64,000 nucleotides of DNA from assembly GCA_040954595.2 (NCBI GenBank), contig CM082582.2, forward strand, positions 12,793,777-12,857,776, given 5' to 3'. The notes under the pieces are model-generated. The model was not told the DNA's origin, searched no databases, and saw only the letters and a list, made by a program, of their open reading frames with translations. The stretch's first letter is position 1, and each line of letters begins with the position of its first letter. This document shows positions 52,301 through 64,000 of this stretch, piece by piece. The stretch is from Balanoglossus misakiensis (Eukaryota > Animalia > Hemichordata). The translations under genes were made by a program, and so were the position numbers.

Positions 52301-52850
52301 ATGAATTAAGTTTGAATTTCATTGATTCAGATGCAGACCAAGACGTTCTTCCGACAGTATCAGGGCTGGATTTCACGAGCCTACCCGAAGACAACTTCGT
52401 CAGATGCGTCTACGGCAGTCTCAAAATGATCTTGTAGAAGACAATGGCAACAGCGAAGTTTATCATCGAGCGAGGAGTTTATCGGAAGGCAATCTGTTGC
52501 GGTCCTCGAGCTTAGATAACGAAGGAACTGAGCCTTTCCCGACACACGAGGGTGCTGTCCGACAGTGGACATCAACTGGAAACTTATTGGATTCCGAAAC
52601 CGACTGTGTCGGCTATACTCAACTGGGGCCTGACCGTCGCAATAAAAAATCCTCGAGCTTTGTACTTCGTAAGCAGCTCCAAGATATGGAAGAATCGCTG
52701 AACTGTAAAATTTGCATGGATTCCAGGATGAACACAGCTTTTTGCCCCTGCGGTCACATGGTCTGCTGTCGACTGTGCGCAAGTCGATGCTCTGAATGTC
52801 CCGTATGTAGAACGCAAATCCGGTGGCTACAAACAATATTCATGCAGTGA
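49309..52850 (+). CDS. MYLIP: E3 ubiquitin ligase MYLIP/IDOL (FERM plus C-terminal RING), 8 coding exons, ~531 aa
   Basis: Exons 49309-49395, 50508-50698, 50820-50951, 51087-51160, 51348-51525, 51649-51866, 52046-52241, 52331-52850. [57 protein letters not shown] and the RING CKICMD...[13 protein letters not shown]...SECPVCR are diagnostic. A probable 5'-UTR exon donor lies near 48165. Confidence 0.94.
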
Positions 52851-53171
52851 ATATCACCTGTAAGTGACGCAAACCACGTGACTGTAGTAAAGTTAATCAC
52901 TGTCAACATTACTATTTGCAGTTTAACTTATTTAATTAGATAAATTGAACTATTCATATACTATTTGTAAATAGAACTTGTATCTGGAATGACCTTTATT
53001 GTCTATACAAATCCTTGTATGTAAAATGTGTTATTGAATATAGTCGCTCCATATAACCACAATAAAAATGGTTCAAGTTTGATATAAAAAATGTCACACT
53101 TTATCTATACCCCGGAATTTTGTGGCATATTTTGGTGTTGCTCGCTTGTCATGAGAGACTTTAATACCTAA

Positions 53172-54626
53172 TTATTTTGGTGATTTGGGCGGTCCTATCC
53201 TAAATTTCAAAAATCGTCTGTATCGATTAAAATCAAGGTCCGGGGGATTCAGCGTTCTGTTGTGTATCATTTCTTCAAGACACTTCAAGACCAACTCATC
53301 ATAGTCAACGTGAAATTTATTGGCGAACAACCGGTTGCTATGAGACAACCATGGCAGGTCGCGCCAAGAGTGCACGCACACACTGCGCACAAACTTGCCA
53401 TAGCAGACTCGAGGTGCTTTGGCCGAAGACCAGACAATGTCTCGAGACATCACAGCCTTGCTTCCGATTGGTCCGGGTCCCCCTGGAGCATCTGGGTGCG
53501 AAGCGAGGGTCTGAGTGAAGGATTCATCCGGGTTCTTTGTGTCGCTGAACCAAAGCAACCACTGCTCGGCGATTTCTGATTGGAGAAAGCGAACAAATGG
53601 TCGGGAGAGGGCACTAAACAGGGTTCCCTTGTGCACGGTCAGATTGCTAGGACGAGGGTCCGTCTTGAGAATGTCTGTCTGGTGTAGCTGACCATCAACA
53701 ACTTCGTGCCTGTAATAAGTCCAGTTTTGCACGGGTGTTGCAAGAGTTCGGATGTCATTTTGGCCATTGAATTGCTTCAGAACTTGCACTAATTCCAAAT
53801 TGGTCCGCAATGGAAACTCCTGCCCAGTCAAATTTATGAGATATTTCCATTTTCTGCCTGTTGCAAGGAGATCCTTTTGGCAGCGTCGTTCTGCCTTGAC
53901 GATGCTTATTGTTCCCCAGATGACATTTTCAAGTCGTGACGCAATGAAGACGTTGTTAAAGCAGTGGCTTATGCTCTCCATGGCAACGTGGAATTCGGGT
54001 GGAGATTTGGCATCGATGTGGATGCAGTAACTGTTATGTGGTCTGTAGATCGTGCGCAGTAGCTGCTCGACTTGATGAACTGACTTGTAGACGAGGATAG
54101 TGAAGGCCAATGGGAAATCCCGTTCATCCTGTGTAACGGGCATATCGAAATAACCTCGATCCCGGACAAATTTTCTGCAGTCTCGTGTCATGTTAATAAA
54201 TTCCGAGTCGGGTGTAATCGCTGTGCGCAGGGCATTCAGCGCAGAGTTTATGGTCGCATTTGACGGAACGGAACCGTTTATCAAATCGCCGCACGTTATC
54301 GTTTCTGTTATCCTGTTAACCGTAGAAATCTCAGCGGATTTTCTTAGTATCACGTTGATTGATTTGGTTTTGTTGTATAATTTTTTGTCCACAAGCAAAG
54401 TTTCTTGTGCTGCAGTGATATTCGTCTCTCCCAAAGTGGACCAGGTGTAGGTTAAGTGGTCTGGGTTTTTGTTGTCTCCACGAAGGCTCCCCTTAGGGAC
54501 GAAAAATGAAACGCGGTATTGCACCGAGTTATCATTCAGCAAGAGTATTAGAGAGACGGCCATTTGGCAAGCCGCAAGCCAAAAAAGAAAGGTTCGCGAT
54601 GAACAGATTTCTGTAATGGGTAACAT
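53172..54626 (-). CDS. GCNT1: Core-2/I-branching beta-1,6-N-acetylglucosaminyltransferase (GT14), single coding exon, ~484 aa
   Basis: Long ORF with an N-terminal TM segment (type II Golgi topology), DFPLAFTILVYK, LLRTIYRPHNSYCIHIDAKS, CFNNVFIASRLE.V.WG..S, WKYLINLTGQEFPLRTNLELV, PDE, C.GKFVRSVCV and LFANKF. The start is placed at MLPITEIC (54626) because a splice acceptor (tctctttag) lies ~40 nt upstream. The GCNT subfamily assignment is uncertain. Confidence 0.9.
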   Translation of the reverse strand: MLPITEICSSRTFLFWLAACQMAVSLILLLNDNSVQYRVSFFVPKGSLRGDNKNPDHLTYTWSTLGETNITAAQETLLVDKKLYNKTKSINVILRKSAEISTVNRITETITCGDLINGSVPSNATINSALNALRTAITPDSEFINMTRDCRKFVRDRGYFDMPVTQDERDFPLAFTILVYKSVHQVEQLLRTIYRPHNSYCIHIDAKSPPEFHVAMESISHCFNNVFIASRLENVIWGTISIVKAERRCQKDLLATGRKWKYLINLTGQEFPLRTNLELVQVLKQFNGQNDIRTLATPVQNWTYYRHEVVDGQLHQTDILKTDPRPSNLTVHKGTLFSALSRPFVRFLQSEIAEQWLLWFSDTKNPDESFTQTLASHPDAPGGPGPIGSKAVMSRDIVWSSAKAPRVCYGKFVRSVCVHSWRDLPWLSHSNRLFANKFHVDYDELVLKCLEEMIHNRTLNPPDLDFNRYRRFLKFRIGPPKSPK

Positions 54627-57600
54627 TGGTTCACATCCAAGGGAGAATCGCCTCTTGAAAAGATCTAAAGAGAGAAATAAAATGAAGCTGTCAACAATAG
54701 TCGCCTGGACATAGACTATAGGACAACCCTCTAATCTCATGCCCGCGGTGTGAATCACCGACCACAGGAGGTTGTCGCCTCAATTATCTCACCCCCAACA
54801 CCCTGAGACGTTCGTGTGTAGCAGACATACACGAAGCTAATGGCATATAGCATTAAAGGCAGACAATGATTTATTTGATTCTCTACGTTACTGCCTGTAA
54901 GACCGTTATCGTTACTGAATGTCAAGGTTTCGACTCAGAATGCCTGCAGCTCATATAGTTTACAGTGTCATTGTTGAAACACGGTCTCAGTGGAGTGACC
55001 GTACTTGCGACCATTTTTTTCGAAATGCACTGGATACAGCACCTGGTGACCGTTATATAATCGGTTCTTGTCATTTAGATGTAATGCATATACTTGCCCG
55101 CTAGTCAAACATCCAGGTAGCCTAAAGTCTTTTCTCTTTGTTCCTAAATGCAGAAGATGCCTCCACCTAAAATTTACGGTATCACACAAAATGAGGGCCT
55201 CAGACAGTGTCCAGGTAACACAAAAAAAAACAACTATTTCAATGAAATTACTAGTAAGCATCAGAATCAGGTTGTGGTAGTAAGAATTGGGATATTAGAT
55301 TAAAATCTTGGTGAGAACGGTGATGTTTTCCCTGAATAAAAACATGACTTGGATTAGGAAATTAAAGAGTGTTTCCAAATACTGCAAAATACTGCGTGTG
55401 AAATAAAACAATACCTTGACAATTTTCAACAAGATCAATGGATTGCAATTGCGATGCCAGTTGCCGTTGGCTTTTTGTCACGATATGTTGAGATCACTTC
55501 ATCACGCCTGCAGCAAGTCACTGTCGCACTGGCGGGACGTAAAAACCAACCAACGAATAACTCGCATGTTACAAATTCTGCCGTTTGCGTAACAAATTCC
55601 AAGTCTTACTGATGTAAATGTTACGTTTAAACAACAGCGCATATTGTTCAGCCATCTCAGTTAATTAGCCTCGACATGCAGACTTGTTTTAACCAGGTTC
55701 TTTCCATCACACGTTAAATCTAACCCTACATCTATACTACAAACTCTTCGGAGAGAATGAAAAATCGCCTGTGAGACAGATTAACAGTCAAATGGAAGTC
55801 CTGCAAACAATTTCGGAAGACTCTCAACGCAATTTCTGAAGAAAATACGGGTTTAAACATCTCCGTTATAACATCATTCGCTAATCCCCTCTCTGACCCT
55901 GTTCGAGACATTCGGTATTTCCTTACCTATTACAGAATGATAGTAACCCGAAATTTGCCGGCCGAAAATGTCCTTCTTATGTAGTTCGCGTTGCTCTGCC
56001 GATCTCTGTCCAAGTTGGACTCTTTCAACCAAAATCAGTTATTGCCCAATGATGTATTCTACGCTGCTTGTTCCGAAACTACACAGAGACACAGAGAACA
56101 AACCCCTTTTCCTTTCAACACAAAGTAATAAAATAGTCAAGCACATCACCTGATGAACTGTCGCCGGACTCAATCAACGTCTCTGCTGGAATTCTACTCA
56201 AGCATCGAGAACAGGAATAGAATGACTGCCTTATTACCTGCTCAGATTGGCTGTGTTCTTTGCACTACTATACTGCACTGAATGTTTTTCCGCACCGTAG
56301 CTCTGAACAAATAACCTTTGTACGTTATTATCTCATTTTGAAAGCAGTGGTTTGGGAGTGCCCTCTGTTCGGTCTACAGCGCATGTCTACTCCGTGTTCG
56401 TTGCATTTTACTGTACAATTGAACGTTTACACTCTCGGAAGTCGTGTTGAAATTTTTCCCTTTGCTACCGATCGTTCTCTAGGCAAAGTTCATGAACTGG
56501 TCTAACGCTAAAGCGGTTGTGTTCTGTGTTTATGAAAAGCCGCGTTGACAGCGATGCTTTGTGAATACGCGTGTGAACTCAAACGGAAAGATCCCTCCAT
56601 GGGAATCGACGGAAAGGTGTTATTGCTTTAAAATCTCATTAAAACCGCGGTGTAATTTTGAGGAAAGTGGACTAATAAAGAAGGACGTCAATATGACTTC
56701 ATGCCAGTATACAAAATCGATGAGTAAATTCACGAGGTCGGACTTCTACTGATTTCCCGTACCATTATCAATGTAGACAGCAATATGCGTTAGTTGTGTT
56801 ACAGTGCAAAGACTTTCGAATGAAGCTTTGTTTCACAAATCCTGCATGACAAACTGTAGATGACTTGCTTGTGTTATGTGTCGCCTTTGTTTCAGGAATA
56901 AAAAGACAAGAAGGGGAATAATCAACAGCAGCATAAGACGGCTCAGCGCTTTTGATTACGTTGAATGACAGCTGCATTTAAGAGGAAGACCGAATTCTGA
57001 ATCAAAGAAGCTTTTCGATCTTGAGACTGCTAAGAAGTCATTGCCATAAACAAAAGGATTTTTAACTTGAACGTCCATTCAGTCAGACCACAAACTCACA
57101 ATTATACATTTACGGGGAGAAAATCGAAGACACGTTGTGCCCCGGCTGTGCGGTCACATACGACCGCGCTCTGAAACTTAATTCCCGTTTCAGGACCCAG
57201 TTTACTTCAATGGTAAAATAAACCTTTGTAAATGCTTTTAGTCGTGAAAAACACATACCCAGGCTATTCAAACCCAAAGGAAATCGTTCAGTGTCCTCTG
57301 TCCTTTTTGCACAATGGCGCTGCTGTTTGCTAGGGACAAATTCACGCGGGTTTTAAAACGAAATGTGACCAAGGAGAAACTACATGACGACAGAAGATCG
57401 TTCTGTGATGATGAGGAGTTATCAGGGACAGATTGAAAGATAACTGCAGCAGATTGACACGGCACTCAAAAGAGGTGTCAGACGTGGGAATATAATCTCA
57501 AACAGGTCGCTTTAGAACGTATTATATTTGCTCGTACATCTACTGATCTTAGCTCCAAGAAACTTGAAAAGAAACAAAAACACCCAGAGTCACCACCCCT

Positions 57601-58311
57601 TTTGTAATTAAATAAATACAATAAAGTCAAAAACATCTTACCCGTTTTACGCAAAAAATACAATCGGCGCCGTGCCAAACAACACCGCCAGACATGCACG
57701 TCCAGTGAACACTGGTTGTAGAATAGAGCCGCGTAAATTAACCGCATTTAGTACAATTGACATTAGATGGAGAGGTAATGGGTCTTCTAGAGTTCAGTTT
57801 GTCTGTTAAAAGGCAGCCCAGCATTTCATTGAGTGAAAAGGCGAGTGGTAGCCTTAGCCTTTGTAGTCAATACTGGGTATAGGAATTCTGAAATTGCTTC
57901 TGCGGCTTCGATGAATAGATATTAAGACTTGTTTAGAACTTAATATTGTGCACCATCGCGGCGACAATCACGAATCAGACAAGGCCAATCTCTGGAGATA
58001 GCCAATTCATCTTGCACGTCCGCGAGGTACTCTTGTCATACGAATGAACTATGCGAAAGGCAAGCATGGTCACAAAAGTCAAAACGATCATCTCGGACTC
58101 AAAAACTATATTTTTTTGACATTTAGTTTCTGGCAATTTTATCATGCATACTGTGGTCCCTCGGAAGAATGTAGGCTAATAAAATAGGGGGACAATAAAA
58201 ATAAAATTAGCTGTTTTGATACAAACTGTCTCAGGAAAAACAGCTTTTATATTTATCTCGACTAAAATATTATAATAAAAGTGGATGCTTACTAAAGTGT
58301 TAATGGAACGG

Positions 58312-58335
58312 CTCTCTCTCTCTCTCTCTCTCTCT
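58312..58335. repeat. (CT)12 microsatellite
   Basis: Read directly. Confidence 0.9.
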
Positions 58336-59005
58336 TTATGATTGCTGTGGTTCTAACTGTACCAGATATTCTTTGGCTGTTTAATTCCAAGATGTCACCG
58401 ATTCAACCAACTTATGGCTAAAAAGAAACATCTTATTTTGCTTGGCGACATCTTGTGATCGAGGCAAACCATTCCAAACTATAAAAAGTTGACAACATAG
58501 GGGCTATTCTAAAAACAGTTAACGCCAACCTGGTCATACGGTGGTTTTCCTGAAATAACACGGGCGTGAAATAAAATAGGAATCGTTTTTTTTTTTAAAT
58601 ATCTCAGATAGTAGGATTTATCCCAAATTACAGTGCTTTAAGAAAATCTCTCAGTGCATTACTGGTGTTCATGTCTACCTGAATTCCATTTATAATGCTC
58701 TTTAAAGAGACAACAGTAATTTAGCATTTACAAAAAAATGGTAACACAATGGTCTACAGACACGTGTTGATCGACATGATGATCGGCGCTGAGTCTGATC
58801 AACAAAATAAGAACACAAATAGTTCTGCGCAGAGTAGGGAGTATGGAATCTGGTATTTTTGGACAACTGCCTGGACGCCTTGCAGAGATGCAGGTCGTTC
58901 CCGATGCCTCTAAATACCCATACACAGAATTTTCCACAGTTCGTCGTTACAAGTGTACTGAGCAGTACGGACTCTCACACATTCCGTTGTTTTCGGAGCA
59001 GAAAT

Positions 59006-62000
59006 ATGGAAAATAAGAACTTTGTGCGTAGTGACCTTGAATTGTGTCCAAAGGAGGAAAACGCAGTTGACATTATTGTAAACATGGCGGAAGATGTAAG
59101 TAAGAAAAGTTTTTTTTCGTAAAATTTCGCTAAAGATCATTCTGTTCACAAACACACAAAACACTACTTCATGTGTGGCGGAAACACTGACAGGAGTGTG
59201 TGTGAAACAAGTCGAAATACTGCCTTTTAAAACTTTTTTCCTCTGAGGTTTCTGCAGCCACAACTTAACTATACAATTTAGATGGTTTTAGTTCAAAAAC
59301 TTTACTTTGTTTGTCACTGAATTATTGATGCAAGTTTGATGAAAATAATCTCGTCTTTTCATCTGTGATAGGGCATCGGAGAAACTGTTTTGTCAGATGA
59401 CGAATATAACGCAGGTGTCGTCCGTAATAAAGAGGGTATGGAATCAACCATACAGGGAAGGAATAACTGTGAGAAAATCGACATCGATAATAAAATCGAC
59501 AATGATGATTGCGAAGATGATGATCCTGACAATTGTTTTACAAGGGTAAGTTCAAGGTTAAGGTGGGTTTAATTATCTGTACAGGTCGCTGCAGATAATT
59601 TCCTGAATAATGTGAGTAAACTTTACGAATGGTAATTTCCATGTCTTTACAGGGTATTGAAAAAATCCAGACAGCGATCTATGGGTTCGTCAACAAGTAT
59701 AACAGAAAATTGAAGATTGGACTTAAATTGGTTTTACTGCTGCTATATGCTGCATATTTTACCTATGCTATCTATAACGACTTAGATGGTGCAATCGCTT
59801 TGATCGCCATGACAGGATTCGTGGTTTTCTGCTTCGCATATGCATGCGTTAGGGATAACTTTGGCGGCAGGATCTATGACGTCACCTGCTTGCCAATATC
59901 GAAGTTCGCGGATAAACACTGGAATGTGGTCAGATGGTACGTAACAATCGCAACATTTTGTGAAAAAGCCTCTTTTGTGGGTTAAGACAGAAGGACACAT
60001 ATCATAACAGAGAGACCGTGATCACAATGAGTATTAAAATGGAGTATCTATTCCTTTGTTTGGCAACAGGTTGGCTGGATTAGCGGTCGTTGCCTTGGTC
60101 GTGGCCTGGATTATAGTGGACACGTCAAAGCACCCGGAAAATATGATGTCATTTGTCGGCCTCATTACCGTCATAGTCTTCTGCTTCGTATTTTCAAAAC
60201 ATCCGACCAAGGTGAGATAAAAACGGTTGATTGGATGATGGCGTGGCGTTCGCGACTCCATCTGCGCATGTCTTCTGTCCATACCATACGTTGACGCCAT
60301 CTTGTCTTTCGTCAAGCAGTCTCGTCCCCAGCAGATCACATAGCAACCATCTTTGTGTTTCTAAAATAAACTACCCGATAGCCTTTAGATTGTTTCTCAT
60401 GTTTGTCGCTTTCTTTCAGGTTCGCTGGAGGCCTGTAGTGTGGGGGCTGGTTCTTCAGTTCTGTTTAGCATTGGTGATTTTGCGAACGAAGTGGGGATTC
60501 GAATCATTCCGTTTCATTGGAATCCAAGTCACTATATTCCTTGACTACGTAGAGGCTGGTTCCGAGTTTGTCTTCGGAGAGCTGTGGTACAACCATTACC
60601 TGCTCTTCAAAGTGAGTATGTAACTAGCGAATATATTAATTATCTTTCATAAAACGCTCTCTGAACTCGGTAGACATGTGGACATGACTGATCTTTTATC
60701 CTTGTAGTTTTCACCAATTGAAATTCTGTGTTTCCCTTTTCAGTTATTGCCCATCATAATTTTAATGGGATCAATAATATCATGTCTCTATTACCTGGGA
60801 CTTGTGCAAATATGCATTGGAAAGCTGGCATGGCTCTTGCAATCTACCATGCACACTTCGGCCAGCGAATCATTAAATGCGGCTGCAAATGTCTTCCTCA
60901 GTATGGTAAGTATGCTTCAAATTGTTGCCATGTGTTTGTCTACCTCGTGCACCAACTTTAGTTTTACTTTTGCCGTACTGTCAGTCTTTACGCACGTGTC
61001 TGACTAATTTATTCATCTGTGCTCATAGAACGAAGCGCCCCTCTTGGTGGCACCATACATAAATACGATGACCAAGTCGGAACTGCATGCAGTAGCAACA
61101 GGTGGTTACGCGACAATTGCAGGGAGCGTCATGGGAGCCGCCATTGGATTTGGTCTGTCACCGTCTTACGTCATCACTGCCTCTGCGATGTCAGCGCCTG
61201 CTGCTCTGGCTGTCGCCAAACTATTTTACCCAGAAACTGAAAAGTCACACAATACTGAAGTGAAACCTGTGATCATTGACAAAGGGTAAGCTGTATACCC
61301 ATTACACTATGTTGACATAGTCTACTCCCCTGCCCCTTTTTCACCGCTGGCTGCGCTGCGTAGGTGGTGCAGACATCTGGGGTTAGAGTTCTAAGCCTCT
61401 GATAACCCGTTAGAACGAACCGATTACGAACGCATATATGGCCGCAAAGATGTTCATGTCCAAGAAAGATGACCAATGACGTCAAGGAGGTACCTCCATG
61501 ACGTCATCCACCAGGCTTTTGTATTTTTATAATGTAACAGAAAATGCAGTAACATACTAGATGCTTTAGCCGCTGGGGCCATGGATGCCGTGCCTGTGGT
61601 CACCAACGTCATCACCAGCTTCATCGTCTTTCTTTCCCTTCTGGAATTTTCCAATGCGGTTTTGTCTTGGGCAGGTGGAATGGTCGGCTTTCCACAACTA
61701 AGTTTTGAGGTAGGCACATAGATGGCGACCGTTTCAGAAATACTGAACTGTTTCACGCTGATCGTTGACCGCCATCTTGCATTCTTCAATGATTCGATGA
61801 TCAAGGGCGATAAAAATAGATACAATACTGGAAAAACAAGCTTCAGGTGTTATGCTGAGACATACTGTATATACTTGTTTATTTGATATTTTAGCTGATA
61901 TGCGCATGGGTGTTCATGCCATTTGCATATTTAATGGGTGTCGACTGGGACGATTGCTTCGTGGTTGCTGAATTGATTGGAATGAAGATCTTCACAAGCG

Positions 62001-62698
62001 TTACAGTGTCCTACCAGAAACTTGCCATCATTTTAGAAAATCGAGAACTGGGGTTAGAGCCTACGATATCCGTAAGTACAATGCATTCAGTATAAATGGG
62101 TCGATGTTCACTGATGGCATCATGTATTATATAGAGTGATAAAATACTTTCTTGGAAAAGACAGTGTTACACCAATTCATTGCTTTCTAACTTCTACAGG
62201 CCAGATCTGAACTGATAGTCACATACGCCCTCTGTGGCTTCTCTCATCTGACCGGCGTTGGAATGACGTTGGCGACGCTGTCCGGCATTGCTCCCGACCG
62301 CAAAGCGGATATTTCTTCCATCGTCGTCAGGGGAATGATTGCTGGAAACATAGCCAACTTTCTGACAGCGATCATTGCAGGTAATAAGATGATTGGGTGT
62401 CCGGATTGGTTTGGTGGATAGGCGTGTGGGTGGATGGGTGGGCATGGAGTGAAGCAAAACAATGTCTGAAGTTTCACAATTATTCACTGTTTATTTTTGT
62501 ACATATCCTATAGGTATTCTGTATGAAGGCGATGTCGCCACCGCCGCTGCCGTAGCAAACTCAACAATGTCGAGTATTATAATGAACACGACTGCGAGTT
62601 TTGGAAATGTGACTGTGGGGAGCCTCTCTCCAGAGAATGTAACAGCCACAACATTGGGAACTCTGGTTCTTGAAAACGTCACAGACGCATTACTGTAA
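59006..62698 (+). CDS. SLC28A3: SLC28 concentrative nucleoside transporter family member (CNT3-like, divergent binding site), 11 exons, ~670 aa
   Basis: Exons 59006-59095, 59372-59545, 59653-59936, 60070-60211, 60420-60611, 60744-60905, 61029-61285, 61541-61709, 61895-62071, 62200-62380, 62514-62698, in phase. Motifs: FSKHPTKVRWRPVVWG..LQF, FLDY..AGSEFVFG, LPIII...SCLYYLG, ESLNAAAN, MTKSELHAVATGGYATIAGSV, ITASAMSAPAALA.AKLFYPETE, FMPFAYLMGVDW.DCF.VAELIG.K, TYALCGF. Confidence 0.92.
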
Positions 62699-64000
62699 CC
62701 AGTCTCTCTATGTAATAGAGCGACTGTGCTGTAACCTGGAAACAAACACTACTATTTAATTCCAACCCCTCCTTTCCGGGGTCTTTCCGTGAATTTCACG
62801 GAATTCGAAAAGGGATATTACTTCTAAAATATTCAAGGAAACATTGAGACTACAACAGTATTCCCGAAACTGTATTCTTTTGTTGTATTTTTGCATACAC
62901 CTGATCACAGGGAGCTTGGTATCCGATATTCTCTTATTATTTGCTTGCTTTTTTATTTATTTGTTTGTTTAGGAATACATATTTGGTGTAAATGCAAACA
63001 TATTTATAGTTCTGACACAGTCCCTTGAGGGACTGTGGTTCTAACTACAATGTACATGTATACAGGGCTTCTCCTCACTTTACATTATAATAAACTTCAG
63101 TCGTAAACATCTGTCAATTATCTTCGTGTTCAATCAGTTGACACTCAGTGGGCCTGTAGCTGTGTTTCTATTGAATGATGTATTTTGGGATAACTTGGGC
63201 GTGGCTTGTCTCACAGCGGACCCCAGGTGTAGGTCGCTTCCGGTTGCCCCCCTTTATCCGCACATTGTTTACACTTCATAGTTGGTAGCGTCCTGGGTCT
63301 TGTGGCGGGTTTTGGCTCATTCCGTCGTTTTTGAGGCAGGAACATGGAAAAGAAGAACTCACAGGTACACAGTGGCTTCGAATTATTACCACAGGAGGAG
63401 AGTAAAGTTAACATTACCGTAAATGTGTGGGAAGATGTAAGTATGGAAATATTGTATTATTATTTTTAAAATTTGCGTGGATGGTCAGTCTGTCCACAAA
63501 CATCACGGTCCCTTCATAATCGTGTAAACACACACAACCCATATGTACACGCCATTTATGGCTACTTTTCCAGCCAATTTTTGAATTGTTTCAACCATGA
63601 GATTTTGTTGTGGCAGACTGTACCTCTCTGTTTAGACCTGATCGGTGCATGGACGTCCTCGATTTGATCACCTCCATGATCTGTGATTGTACCGAAGATA
63701 TTATTATGTTACATAAAATGCTGATGTCGCAGCTCATAATCTTAAATCCAGGGTGCTTTGTTCGGATCTGTCTATGTTAATCACAACTACCACAGAGCTA
63801 CAAAGTGTTTATAAAATGGCGATGTCACCTTTCTATGTCGAGTGCTCGCCAGTAGAACAACACACCTGATAAGCTGAATGATATCTCATATTTAGCATGA
63901 CAGAAAGGTTGCTCTTTTAACCCGTAAAGGTTAAACCTCCTTCTCAATGAAGAAGTGCCAGAGTTGGCGAATGAAATATCGCTAATCGCTCAAAAGCGAT

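Noticed and set aside
20238-52850. Functional cluster linking the LDLa genes with MYLIP (LDL-receptor degrader)
   Set aside because: They are 25 kb apart with unrelated genes between. MYLIP binds cytoplasmic receptor tails, which the secreted proteins lack.
54627-54758. N-terminal 44 codons of the 528-aa GCNT ORF
   Set aside because: Begins at a non-ATG codon and crosses a polypyrimidine/AG acceptor, so it is most likely intron and 5'-UTR.
55719-55730. ctaaccct telomerase-template-like motif
   Set aside because: An isolated 8-mer with no visible pseudoknot or H/ACA context.
63211-63700. Short ORFs near the right edge that might be terminal exons of a minus-strand gene
   Set aside because: No recognisable domain and no consistent exon chain within the window.

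Overview
Gene-dense, intron-rich eukaryotic (animal) genomic DNA, roughly 38-40% GC by eye. An invertebrate deuterostome source is my inference from intron positions and gene style and is not proven. Most ORFs in the supplied track are exon fragments or noise, so I rebuilt the genes by hand from GT-AG junctions and reading-frame phase. Nine protein genes are supported: SNX16 (+), an HPGD-like SDR (-), a tandem pair of small secreted two-LDLa proteins (-), a speriolin/SPATC1L-like gene (+), a 21-exon monoamine oxidase (-), MYLIP/IDOL (+), a single-coding-exon GT14 core-2/I-branching GlcNAc-transferase (-) and an SLC28 concentrative nucleoside transporter (+). There are also two foldback elements, a 121-bp tandem array packed with transcription-factor motifs, and microsatellites. 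The most striking observation is that the MAO appears to carry a ~150-aa acidic N-terminal extension with three exon-repeated amphipathic helices resembling AKAP PKA-anchoring motifs. Also notable are an SLC28 that has lost its ribose-binding residues, mini secreted LDLa proteins with four extra cysteines, and an intron that is mostly a (GAT)30 repeat.
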